A stretch of 38,401 bases of DNA, taken from assembly GCA_964467565.1 (NCBI GenBank), contig CAYXRB010000001.1:104767-143167 (forward strand). Direction: 5' to 3'. The stretch comes from an uncultured Pseudomonadales bacterium. GTDB lineage: Bacteria; Patescibacteriota; Microgenomatia; UBA1400; RBG-16-45-19. Positions 1 through 9,173 of this stretch are shown piece by piece. Under the pieces are notes generated by a model that saw only the letters and a program-made list of their open reading frames with translations, did no database searches and was not told the DNA's origin. Numbering within the stretch: the first letter of the stretch is position 1; every line of letters begins with the position of its first letter. The translations under genes and the position numbers were made by a program.

Positions 1-813
1 GGCCACGTGGTGGTACGGTCTAAACCAGATAACACGTTTGATATGGAAGGGTTCGAATCGGTGCTTAATGATAAAAAGCCAAAACTGGTAAGTATGGTGA
101 TGTGTTCGAATTTGGACGGTGTGACAAACCCAATTAAAGAAATTGTGCAAAAAGCACATGCTGTAGGGGCAATGGTGATGGTAGATGCGGCGCAAGCGGT
201 ACCACATCAGAAGATTGATGTGCAGGATTTAGATGTGGATTTTTTAGCTTTCTCGGGGCATAAAATGCTGGGGCCATCGGGCATGGGTGTGTTGTACGGC
301 AAACAGAACTTACTGGATAAAATGGACGGATTTTTAGTGGGCGGAGACACGGTGGAATATACAACGTATACCGACTACAAGCATTTACCCGTACCAGAAA
401 AATTTGAGGCAGGTTTACAGGATTACGCTGGCATTATGGGATTGGGCATAGCGGCGGAATACCTGATGGATGTGGGCTTAGACAACGTGCATGAGCAGGA
501 GCGGATGTTGACGACACAGATTACTGAAGGCTTAAAAGACATTGACCGGGTCAAGATTATCGGACCTGCTGATCCCATGCTTCGAGGGGGCATTACATCG
601 TTTACTGTTGAAGGTGTTGACCCACACCAGGTGGCTTTAATGCTGGATGAGACAGCTGGCATTATGGTGAGAAGCGGCCAGCACTGCGTGCATAGTTGGT
701 TTGATGCCCATCAAATCAAAGGATCAGTGCGGGCGAGTGTGTATTTTTATAATTCAGAAGAAGAAGCCGAACGGTTTGTGGATAATCTATCAAATATTTT
801 ACACGTACTATAA
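1..813 (+). CDS. sufS: Cysteine desulfurase (SufS/NifS-type class V aminotransferase), C-terminal part; 5' end lies outside the window
   Basis: The frame is open from base 1. It has the PLP-lysine motif SGHKMLGPSGMGVLYG and the catalytic-Cys loop RSGQHCVH typical of SufS/CsdA. Confidence 0.85.
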   Translation, partial: GHVVVRSKPDNTFDMEGFESVLNDKKPKLVSMVMCSNLDGVTNPIKEIVQKAHAVGAMVMVDAAQAVPHQKIDVQDLDVDFLAFSGHKMLGPSGMGVLYGKQNLLDKMDGFLVGGDTVEYTTYTDYKHLPVPEKFEAGLQDYAGIMGLGIAAEYLMDVGLDNVHEQERMLTTQITEGLKDIDRVKIIGPADPMLRGGITSFTVEGVDPHQVALMLDETAGIMVRSGQHCVHSWFDAHQIKGSVRASVYFYNSEEEAERFVDNLSNILHVL

Positions 814-1086
814 ATCAGGATCTTTGGGGCCAGCGTTCATAAACTGATTTAACCTGTCCCTATAAAATGCTAAAGTTTGTGGGTCAACAAATTGTTTCAA
901 TTCACATTCAATTGGGCATACGCCATTTATACCTTCGCAAGCAATAACCATATGTGCTGCAAATGTACGCTGAGATTCGGTTCCCTCCGGTGTTGATGTC
1001 AGTATACCTTCGCCCATGCGGATACAGAAATTTATTTCTTGTCGCATATAACAGTAATCGATTATAACCAAATCATGTTGATACAC
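808..1086 (-). CDS. Hypothetical small Cys-rich protein (92 aa, 5 Cys)
   Basis: This is the only ORF of at least 60 aa in the sufS-dsbA gap. I recognise no family motif. Its 3' end overlaps the sufS stop by 6 nt. Confidence 0.35.
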   Translation of the reverse strand: MYQHDLVIIDYCYMRQEINFCIRMGEGILTSTPEGTESQRTFAAHMVIACEGINGVCPIECELKQFVDPQTLAFYRDRLNQFMNAGPKDPDL

Positions 1087-1134
1087 AAGTTTAATTTGAT
1101 TGGTGTAAAATTGGTGAGTATTTAAGGATTATTT

Positions 1135-2061
1135 ATGCCGTGTTTAATTGCCCTTTTAGTATTAGGAATATTGTCGATTTTTAGCGCGAAATATAGAGAT
1201 TTAGCGAAAGAAGCGTTTGATTGTGTGTTTAGGCGGGTGACGCTGCGGCCGTGCAATACCGGGTTTGATGTTAAGGTGAAAAGCAAGATACTAAGCTCTC
1301 TTTTGAAAAAATCGCCGAAAGCGGCAAAATTGGTCAGCAAGAATTTTGAACTATTGGCTTGGATTTTTATGATTGCGCTGACTGTAAGTTCTCTCTATAC
1401 AATAAGAGGTATTTACAACTTCTGGGCTTGGGGAGACTGTAACGGGCCGTATGCTACCGGGGGTTTTTGTGCGTTTGACCCAACGGGGCAAAACAGTAAA
1501 ACGAGTGTGACCGAAGAGGAAGGTTGTAAGGATGTAGAAGTGGCATCGAAAAATATAAGCCTTGAAGATTTTGATACCGGCTACTTTTTTACTAAACAGG
1601 CTGGTGATGATGATCCAGAAATAGTCTTTTTAGGTTGTTTTTCATGCGACTATACGCGCAGTGCATATCCGGTAGTAAAAGAATTGATAGAAAAAACCCC
1701 AATTAATTTTACTTTTGCCCATTTCCCGGTTAAGAATGAAACCAAATATACCCAAGCCTACGATGTGTGCGTGTACGAGCAAAGCCCGGAGAAGTTTTGG
1801 GACTACGTTGATCTAATGTTTTATTCAAGTAAAGAAGATATTGCCGATAAAAATTTTGTGGAATGGATGCTTAAAGGTATGAATTTGGATGTAGAAAAAA
1901 TACAACAGTGTGTGGAGAGCGAGGAAACACAGCAAAAAGTGGCAAAAATGCAAAGTGAAATGCTGAGTACTGGTATTTATGGCACACCAACGGTGTTTAT
2001 AAACGGGACACCTGTGGTGGGGCCAAAACCGGTACGGGTGTATGAGCGTCTCCTAAAATAA
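1135..2061 (+). CDS. Membrane-anchored DsbA-family thiol:disulfide oxidoreductase (thioredoxin fold)
   Basis: Two N-terminal hydrophobic segments. CxxC motif LGCFSCDY, and the cis-Pro loop region YGTPTVFINGTPV typical of DsbA-like proteins. AAGGA lies 8 nt upstream of the ATG. Confidence 0.7.
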   Translation: MPCLIALLVLGILSIFSAKYRDLAKEAFDCVFRRVTLRPCNTGFDVKVKSKILSSLLKKSPKAAKLVSKNFELLAWIFMIALTVSSLYTIRGIYNFWAWGDCNGPYATGGFCAFDPTGQNSKTSVTEEEGCKDVEVASKNISLEDFDTGYFFTKQAGDDDPEIVFLGCFSCDYTRSAYPVVKELIEKTPINFTFAHFPVKNETKYTQAYDVCVYEQSPEKFWDYVDLMFYSSKEDIADKNFVEWMLKGMNLDVEKIQQCVESEETQQKVAKMQSEMLSTGIYGTPTVFINGTPVVGPKPVRVYERLLK

Positions 2062-2071
2062 GCACCGGTCG

Positions 2072-3010
2072 ATGAATCTAATACGATTGCTATCCCCAAT
2101 AAATTACCTTGCAGAACAGGACAAGTTCTTTGCCTCAGAAACGTACCACCCACGGTTTGATTACGCTTGGGATAAGGATGAAGTGTCTGAATGGATAGTT
2201 AAAAAACCGGTATACTCAAGTTTAGCCAAAGCAGTCGTAAACCAGAACTTAGACCAGATAGTAGCCTCAGCGTCATCTCTTTTTAAAGTAGACATATTAT
2301 TGCCATTGACTAATACCAGTCTTTCTTTGTTAGAGCAAAAGCCTACGGTACTTAAAACTGCTGGCATTAAGACGATCGTGGGCGCGTTCGAAAATACTTT
2401 AAAAACGCTTGGATTAGATTATACGGTTGAATTAGTTGACACGGGGGGATTTAACATAAGACCGATGTTTAAATCAAAGCGGATTCTAATTAATAGACAT
2501 ATGGATACCAGTTACTTTTCGGTGGCGGGAGAATTGCGACATGAATTAACACATGTTATTCGATACGAAAACGGCGTTTATAACAAGATTAAACCAAGTG
2601 AAGGGGTTCTCCCAACCGAAGAAGGTTTGGCGACGTACTTTCAGGATTATGGAGGGAGCGAAGAAAACTATTCTATATTCCAGCACGCTGCAGAGTATGC
2701 GGTTACTGGAGTGATGCTTAAGGGCTCGTTGCGAAAGGGTTTTGAATTTTTACGTGAGCTGGGTTTTAACAAACAGTTAGCTTGGACAAGAGCAAGCCGA
2801 CATAAGTTTGGATTTAGGGATACCCAAAATCCAGGAGACATTTTTAAACCAGCGATGTACTTTACCCACGAGCGTGTGATTAAAAATTTAAGCGACACTG
2901 AGCGAACAAAACTACTGGTAGGAAAAATCAAGGCTACGGAGTTAGATGTCGTCACAGGATACAAAGGCCGTTGGCCGCTAGAGGTGCTTACGGCTATTAT
3001 TGGCGCTTAA
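2072..3010 (+). CDS. DUF1704 / MATCAP-like (QEGLA-motif) putative metallocarboxypeptidase
   Basis: HExxH (HELTHV) is followed about 25 aa later by TEEGLATYFQ, a QEGLA-type motif. The N-terminus SPINYLAEQDKFF...HPRFDY resembles the family N-terminus. Confidence 0.6.
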   Translation: MNLIRLLSPINYLAEQDKFFASETYHPRFDYAWDKDEVSEWIVKKPVYSSLAKAVVNQNLDQIVASASSLFKVDILLPLTNTSLSLLEQKPTVLKTAGIKTIVGAFENTLKTLGLDYTVELVDTGGFNIRPMFKSKRILINRHMDTSYFSVAGELRHELTHVIRYENGVYNKIKPSEGVLPTEEGLATYFQDYGGSEENYSIFQHAAEYAVTGVMLKGSLRKGFEFLRELGFNKQLAWTRASRHKFGFRDTQNPGDIFKPAMYFTHERVIKNLSDTERTKLLVGKIKATELDVVTGYKGRWPLEVLTAIIGA

Positions 3011-5554
3011 CTTATAGAGCAGCGTTTTCCCAACTTGTGCGGTGAAGAAGTAGACGCCGGAAATGCCTATAATGGAAAGAAGCACCGGTGTTGGCAGCAC
3101 AATAAAGTCGAAGTAATGGCCGAAGTAAGTAAGGGGAATCAACCAACCGATAATGAGAACGCCAAAAGTGGACAGGAGTAAAAAGGGACTGGGGGTTGAT
3201 TGAATAAAGGGAACGCGGCGGGTACGGATGATGTGTATCACAAGGGTTTGCGTTGTGACTGAGAGTAAAAACCAGCCAGTCTGAAAACCGGAGGGTGAGA
3301 GAGCAAATACTCTATAGAGTAGGTAGAAAGTGATGAGATCAAAAACCGAACTGATTGGACCGATGGTGAACATAAATTTTTTAATAGAATTTAAATCCCA
3401 TCGTTTAGGTTGACTTAAGTATTCATTATCGACTGTGTCAACAGGAATGGTGAGTTGGGAGAGGTCGTATAAAAAATTGTTTAGAAGTATTTGGATAGGC
3501 AGCATGGGTAAGAAGGGTAAAAAGACGGTGGCAACAAGCAAAGACACCATATTACCAAAGTTAGAACTAATACCCATATGGATATACTTCATGGTATTGC
3601 CAAAGGTTTTGCGGCCTTCAATAACGCCGTCGTGAAGAGTGTGAAGTGATTTTTTAGTTAGAATGATGCTGGCAGCTTCTTTGGCTACATCGACGGCGTT
3701 ACTGACGGAGATTCCCACATCAGCGGCTTGCAGCGAAGGTGCGTCGTTAATGCCATCGCCTAAGTAACCGACGACGTGGTTATTCTGTTTTAATAAGGAG
3801 ATGACGCGAAGCTTTTGATCGGGTGAAAAACGGGCAAACAATGTGGTTTTTTCGATTTTCTGGCTGAGTTCTTTATCTGAGAGTTTATCGATTTGATGCC
3901 CTATCAAGACGCCTTTGATGCGAATGTCTGCTTCGAGGCAGGCTTTTTTGGCGACTATCTCGTTATCACCCGTAATGACTTTAACTTCGATACCACTCTC
4001 TTCTAGATGTTGGATAGCATCGCGGGCATCAATTTTTACCGGATCCAAAAAGGCGGCAAAGCCGACAAAAACTAAGTCTTTTTCGTCATTTTTAGAAAAT
4101 ACTTTTTGGGAATTACTAAATTTTTTGGAAGCGATAGCTAAAACTCGAAAGCCTTGGCCACTTAATTGTTGAAAAAGGGTTTTAACTTGCTTAATTGAAG
4201 CAGCAGTGAAGGGATGGGTACGGTTGTCCATTAAGTAGCTGTTACACAACGACAGTGTTTCTTCGGGGGCGCCTTTAGTTATGAGAACGGAATGTGAGCC
4301 AATGGCGGCGACCACGCTTAAGCGCTTGCGGATGAAATCGAAAGGAATCTCGTCAATTTTCTTAACACCGTTTAAGGATATACGCTTATGATTTCGAATG
4401 GCTTCATCTAAGGGGTTTGTGATACCTGATTCATACGAACTATTTATATAAGCGAGGCGAAAAACAGACTCATCTTCTTCACCCTGCGAATTAACGTGTT
4501 TAACCAAAGCGATTTTATCTTGAGTTAAGGTACCGGTTTTGTCGGTACATAAGACATCCATACTGCCGAAGCTAGGAATACTGGCAAGCTTTTTAACAAT
4601 AACGCCTTTTTTTGACATCTGCAGCGCGCCTTTGCTCATGGCTACCGACATGACCATGGGTAAAAATTCGGGGGTTAAACCGACAGCGACGGCGATGGCA
4701 AACTCAAAACTAGTGATTAGATTGCCTTTCAAGATGAGGTTTAAGAAAAAAATGACGATGACAAAAACGATGACGACTCGAACAATAAAGTTTGAGAATT
4801 GTTTGATGCCGTGAATAAAATCGTTATCGGGAGGGGGTTCATTTAAGTGCTGGGCGATGTGACCAAATTGGGTGTGAGACCCGATGGCGGTAACAACCGC
4901 AGTGGCTGAGCCTGTCACCACGCTGGTGCCGGCGAAAACCATATTAGATAACTGACTTAAACTGTGAATTTTCTTGGGGAGAGCATCGATTTGTTTTGGT
5001 TGTGGAAACGATTCACCAGTAAGACTTGATTCGTTGATAAAAACGTCATCGACTTGGATTAAGCGGGCATCGGCGGGGATTAAGTCACCGGCGTTCAGAA
5101 TCAATATATCTCCAATGGTTATATCTTTAGCTTTTATTTCTTGGTCTTTATGGTCACGCTTAACCGTGCAGGTGAGGGCAATTTTTTGGTTAAGTTTAAG
5201 AGCAGCTTGGGAGGCCTGATGTTCTTGGATAAAGTCTAGACTAACGCTTAACAATACCATGGCTAATACTATGCCGGCATCGATGAAGTCATTCAAAAGG
5301 ATGGAAATGGTCACGATAGCCAGAAGGACAAGTATAAGGGGGTTGGTGAACGATTTAAGGAAGGTTATGACCGCACTACCTTTAACATGATCCGAGAGGG
5401 TGTTGTGACCATGAATTGCTTGGCGACGGTGAGCTTCGGGCGATGTTAAACCGGAAGGGCGGGTTTTGATCCGATTGAATAGTTCGTGGGGGGTATGAGT
5501 AGCGATGTCAAAAGGATCGATTTGGGTCGGATGTTTGAGGGCAGCTTTCGACAT
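2978..5554 (-). CDS. mgtA: Magnesium-translocating P-type ATPase
   Basis: DKTGTLT phosphorylation site and GDGINDAPSL hinge. The C-terminal block FLPFLPMLPIQILLNNFLYDLSQLTIPVDTVDNEYLSQPKRW closely matches the MgtA-specific region. Confidence 0.9.
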   Translation of the reverse strand: MSKAALKHPTQIDPFDIATHTPHELFNRIKTRPSGLTSPEAHRRQAIHGHNTLSDHVKGSAVITFLKSFTNPLILVLLAIVTISILLNDFIDAGIVLAMVLLSVSLDFIQEHQASQAALKLNQKIALTCTVKRDHKDQEIKAKDITIGDILILNAGDLIPADARLIQVDDVFINESSLTGESFPQPKQIDALPKKIHSLSQLSNMVFAGTSVVTGSATAVVTAIGSHTQFGHIAQHLNEPPPDNDFIHGIKQFSNFIVRVVIVFVIVIFFLNLILKGNLITSFEFAIAVAVGLTPEFLPMVMSVAMSKGALQMSKKGVIVKKLASIPSFGSMDVLCTDKTGTLTQDKIALVKHVNSQGEEDESVFRLAYINSSYESGITNPLDEAIRNHKRISLNGVKKIDEIPFDFIRKRLSVVAAIGSHSVLITKGAPEETLSLCNSYLMDNRTHPFTAASIKQVKTLFQQLSGQGFRVLAIASKKFSNSQKVFSKNDEKDLVFVGFAAFLDPVKIDARDAIQHLEESGIEVKVITGDNEIVAKKACLEADIRIKGVLIGHQIDKLSDKELSQKIEKTTLFARFSPDQKLRVISLLKQNNHVVGYLGDGINDAPSLQAADVGISVSNAVDVAKEAASIILTKKSLHTLHDGVIEGRKTFGNTMKYIHMGISSNFGNMVSLLVATVFLPFLPMLPIQILLNNFLYDLSQLTIPVDTVDNEYLSQPKRWDLNSIKKFMFTIGPISSVFDLITFYLLYRVFALSPSGFQTGWFLLSVTTQTLVIHIIRTRRVPFIQSTPSPFLLLSTFGVLIIGWLIPLTYFGHYFDFIVLPTPVLLSIIGISGVYFFTAQVGKTLLYKLSANNSRKHL

Positions 5555-5556
5555 AT

Positions 5557-6828
5557 TTACCCGACCTGTTTTAATTGTGATTGGGGTAGGTGAACTTTAC
5601 GCGGAACGACGATAAGACAGACAATACAGACACCTACCAGTAAGCTGCCAATGACGGCAAAGGTGGTTTGTTCGCCTACCAACTCAGCTAATCCGCCGGC
5701 AAGAATCGGGCCGATAACAAACGATAGACTGGTGGTGGTATTTTCTAATCCAACCAAATCGCTCGATGATTTTCCAAGTCTGTCGATGTAGTCTTCAAAG
5801 ACAGCGAAGATTTCGGGCCAAGCCAATGAGGTAAAAATTGAAGCGGTAAAAATAAGGAGTAAAAAGGCAGATACATTCTCGGTAATACCTGCCAAAATGA
5901 GCACTAATCCACCGATTAACGTTGTGACAAAGGCAGCACGTTTTTTTCCAAAGGGTTTGCCAAGTTTGTGGGCCAACACCCCAACAAATAGAGATGGGGC
6001 CATGTAGAGGCTAATTAAAAAGCCTCCCCACTCATGCGTTTGTGCAAGTGAATCGGATAAGATCGCACCCACACTCCATATAGTAGAATCTAATATCATT
6101 AGCATAAACATAAAAAGAATCAGAGGCCATAAGAAGGGGAATAGAACCAACCAGACTTTGAGTTCATGGAGAATACCTGTTTTTATTGAGGTAAAGACCT
6201 GAGGTTGATTTCGATTACGGAATTTAAGTGATTTAGAGAAAAAAAGGAAAGCAAGAAAAGCTAGAAAAAACACGCCTGCAGAAGCAATTAACGGAAGGCG
6301 CATATTCTTTTCATATAAGAATCCAGCAATAATTGGCCCGACTAAATAGGCAACTGAATTAAAGGCTTGAATAATACCCCAACCTAAATCATGAAATTCA
6401 TGGCTGGTGTGTTCATGAATAAAATGGTTGCGAGAAAAAAGGTTAAGTTCGAAATAAACACCCCATATGGCCATAGCTAGAAGTAAAACAGGAGTATATG
6501 CGGGCAATAGCAGGAATATAAGTGGAAAAAGGATGCCGCCAATGATGGCGAACTTTAGAAAAAAGGTAAATCGACGATTTTTTGTAAATGCCCCTAAAAA
6601 TACGTCGGCAAGAATACCGACTGCTGAGGACGCAGATAAAATTAAACCCATAATGAAGGAATTGCTGATACGTCCCTCGATATACACAGGACTAAAATAA
6701 GACATAATGGCATCAGCCAGGCTAAAGAAAAAACCAATCAAGGCAAATCCTAAAAGCGGTCCAAGGTTTTGGGTAAACAGATGAATTTTTAAGTTAGGCT
6801 TGATAAGTTTGGTGGCATTGCGAGACAT
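5557..6828 (-). CDS. MFS-type transporter (about 12 TM segments), translationally adjacent to mgtA (2-nt gap)
   Basis: A 423-aa protein that is hydrophobic throughout, with two 6-TM halves. The substrate cannot be inferred. Confidence 0.7.
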   Translation of the reverse strand: MSRNATKLIKPNLKIHLFTQNLGPLLGFALIGFFFSLADAIMSYFSPVYIEGRISNSFIMGLILSASSAVGILADVFLGAFTKNRRFTFFLKFAIIGGILFPLIFLLLPAYTPVLLLAMAIWGVYFELNLFSRNHFIHEHTSHEFHDLGWGIIQAFNSVAYLVGPIIAGFLYEKNMRLPLIASAGVFFLAFLAFLFFSKSLKFRNRNQPQVFTSIKTGILHELKVWLVLFPFLWPLILFMFMLMILDSTIWSVGAILSDSLAQTHEWGGFLISLYMAPSLFVGVLAHKLGKPFGKKRAAFVTTLIGGLVLILAGITENVSAFLLLIFTASIFTSLAWPEIFAVFEDYIDRLGKSSSDLVGLENTTTSLSFVIGPILAGGLAELVGEQTTFAVIGSLLVGVCIVCLIVVPRKVHLPQSQLKQVG

Positions 6829-6931
6829 ACATTAAGTTTAGAAGAGCTGATGGTACATATACAAGGGAGATGAGAATGATTGAATCGATATTAAGACCCG
6901 TCATGAATTGTTTTTTTAAGGTTGTTACACT

Positions 6932-8122
6932 ATGGCAGCTATGGCTTTTGAATTATCTAAAGATCAGCGGGAGGTGTTGGCTAATGTTTGGGGTTGGTTA
7001 CAGAGTGCGCGCGAACCTTACTTAACCATTGGCGGATACGCCGGGACTGGAAAAACGACCTTGCTCGCGTATATACGCAGTGTGGTGGCAAAAAAACAAC
7101 CCAAGGCTAAGGTGGCTTTTTGCGCCTATACCGGAAAAGCAAGCCAGGTCCTGTACCGAACGCTAACGGGTTTGGGTATTGGTTTTGAGCACGACAGCGT
7201 GAGCACTCTTCATTCCTTACTGTATGCCCCGATTACTGGAGAAGGAGGAGTAATTGCCGGTTGGAAGCGAAAGCCAAAATTGCCTTACGATTTAGTGCTG
7301 GTGGATGAAGCTAGCATGGTGGACGGTTCAATTTGGCAAGATTTATTGGATTATGGAGTACCAGTGATTGCAGTGGGCGATCATGGCCAATTGCCGCCGA
7401 TTGGGGGTGACTTTAATTTAATGGAGCAGCCGCAGTTGAAGCTAGAAGAAATTCACCGACAGCAACGAGACAATCCGATAATAAAAATGTCGGTCTTGGC
7501 ACGGGAATTGGGTTCGATTCCGATTAAAGATTATGGCAACGGCGTACGCAAATTGCACCGGTATGATTCGGCGAGCGGGCAAGAAATTGAGGAGCTGTTG
7601 CAGAGTTTTAGTGATGATTTACTGATTTTAGTGGGTTATAACACAACAAGAATTAAGCTGAATCAAGAGATTAGGCGGCGGCTTGAGTTTGAATACGAGC
7701 AACCCCTGCCTGGAGATAGGGTGATTTGTTTAAAAAATAATTGGGAAAAAGGGATATACAACGGGATGGTGGGTAAGGTGAGAACGTTACGGCCGGAATC
7801 GAATGAGCAAGGAGTGCAGCACTGGTATGACGCAGATATTGAAATGGAGGATGGCTTGGTAAATTATAGCGGAAGAATAAACTCGCATCAGTTTAACCAA
7901 GCCACAACGTTGACACGCTACGAAGACTTACATTACGCAACAATGGGTGATTTATTTGACTTTGGCTATGCGCTTACGGTGCATAAAGCCCAAGGGTCTC
8001 AAGCGCGCCGGGTTTTACTGTTGGAAGAGAAGAACAAGCATATGAATGATGAAGATTGGCGACGGTGGTTGTATACAGCGGTGACACGGGCACAGGAACA
8101 GTTAACGATAGTGGGGGAATAA
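6932..8122 (+). CDS. Compact SF1B RecD/Dda-like ATP-dependent DNA helicase
   Basis: Walker A GGYAGTGKTTLL, Walker B LVLVDEASMV, VGDHGQLPPI, TVHKAQGSQ and YTAVTRAQEQLTIV motifs. Confidence 0.8.
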   Translation: MAAMAFELSKDQREVLANVWGWLQSAREPYLTIGGYAGTGKTTLLAYIRSVVAKKQPKAKVAFCAYTGKASQVLYRTLTGLGIGFEHDSVSTLHSLLYAPITGEGGVIAGWKRKPKLPYDLVLVDEASMVDGSIWQDLLDYGVPVIAVGDHGQLPPIGGDFNLMEQPQLKLEEIHRQQRDNPIIKMSVLARELGSIPIKDYGNGVRKLHRYDSASGQEIEELLQSFSDDLLILVGYNTTRIKLNQEIRRRLEFEYEQPLPGDRVICLKNNWEKGIYNGMVGKVRTLRPESNEQGVQHWYDADIEMEDGLVNYSGRINSHQFNQATTLTRYEDLHYATMGDLFDFGYALTVHKAQGSQARRVLLLEEKNKHMNDEDWRRWLYTAVTRAQEQLTIVGE

Positions 8123-8150
8123 CTATCGATGTACTTATTGATTGCAAAAT

Positions 8151-8888
8151 TTATCCGGAAGAAGTCCGTCCAAGCTTATTTAGTTGAATCCTGATATCTT
8201 CTAGAAGATTAGCACCCCACTCCCGGCGAGCCTTGTACGCACCAGGTCCGCTTGTATTTCGGTGTGGCTGGTAATACTTAGGTTCGCCAAAAATTACTGA
8301 AATTCGGTTATGTCTTATTGGAAATTTGATATAGAGAACCCCATTTTTGTCTAAAATATTCTCCAACCCAATTAACCGTACTGGAATAACCGGAAATTGA
8401 CCGTTGGTTCTGTTGATTAATTCAGCTATACCTTCTTTAAAATGGCGTTCCTGTAGTGGTAAATCACCATATGTACGCGTACCTTCTGGTGAAATAACTA
8501 TGGAATAACCTTGGTTGATTAATGTATTTATTTTTTCCATGCTATCTCTGATAGCTTTAGGGCCATTACCATCCCGGGCCATAGAAATAGGGTTTAATGC
8601 GGCTAGTGCCATGAGGCGTGCATTAGGTTTATCCCAAGCTGTAGATGCTGCGGGATAAACAAGCAGGTTACGGTACTGTATTGGAATAGCCCGCCGGACG
8701 ACTAGAGAATCGAGGTGACCACAATGGGGACCGAAAGCGAAAAATACAGGTTCTTGGGTTAAGTTTGGAATGTTGTTTCTTCCCAATATTCTAAAATCGG
8801 TTAAACGAAATATCTCGCTTAAGGCGTTTCTCACAAATTCCACTGGTAATATTGGTTCAATAAAACCATGTACTCGTTCTTGACGCAT
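8151..8888 (-). CDS. PlsC-family lysophospholipid/glycerol-3-phosphate acyltransferase
   Basis: HX4D motif (HCGHLD) and the SPEGTRT motif. Confidence 0.7.
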   Translation of the reverse strand: MRQERVHGFIEPILPVEFVRNALSEIFRLTDFRILGRNNIPNLTQEPVFFAFGPHCGHLDSLVVRRAIPIQYRNLLVYPAASTAWDKPNARLMALAALNPISMARDGNGPKAIRDSMEKINTLINQGYSIVISPEGTRTYGDLPLQERHFKEGIAELINRTNGQFPVIPVRLIGLENILDKNGVLYIKFPIRHNRISVIFGEPKYYQPHRNTSGPGAYKARREWGANLLEDIRIQLNKLGRTSSG

Positions 8889-8900
8889 ATGAATAAATAG

Positions 8901-9170
8901 TTAGAAGGGGATTTCGGTTTGGTCGGGTTCTTCGGGTTCAATGGGAACAGCTTCTGATTTTGGTTCGGGTTCGTTGCCTAGGTTGATTTCTTCGATTTGG
9001 GTTTCCATTTTCTTGAGTTCGGCTTGCAGAAATTTGACGAGCTCGGTGGCGCGTTTAAACTTGGGGATCGATTTTTCTAAATCGAGTTCGTTGTGTTCAA
9101 ATTCGCGCGTGATTTGCTGCAGTTCATCGTAGGCGGCGCTAAAAGACATTTTGGGTTTAGTTGGAACCAT
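8901..9170 (-). CDS. xseB: Exodeoxyribonuclease VII small subunit
   Basis: An 89-aa helical protein with FSAAYDELQQITREFE...LDLEKSIPKFKRATEL. It lies directly downstream of xseA (3-nt gap). Confidence 0.8.
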   Translation of the reverse strand: MVPTKPKMSFSAAYDELQQITREFEHNELDLEKSIPKFKRATELVKFLQAELKKMETQIEEINLGNEPEPKSEAVPIEPEEPDQTEIPF

Positions 9171-9173
9171 AGT

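Noticed and set aside
50-60. tRNA T-arm-like strings: GGTTCGAATCG at about 50-60, GGTTCGATTCC at about 7510 and GGGGGTTCGATTGG at about 23001.
   Set aside because: The first two lie inside well-supported coding frames (sufS and the helicase). None has a complementary T-stem 3' half, acceptor stem or anticodon arm nearby. I found no tRNA, rRNA, tmRNA or SRP RNA signature in any spacer, and all spacers are 220 nt or shorter.
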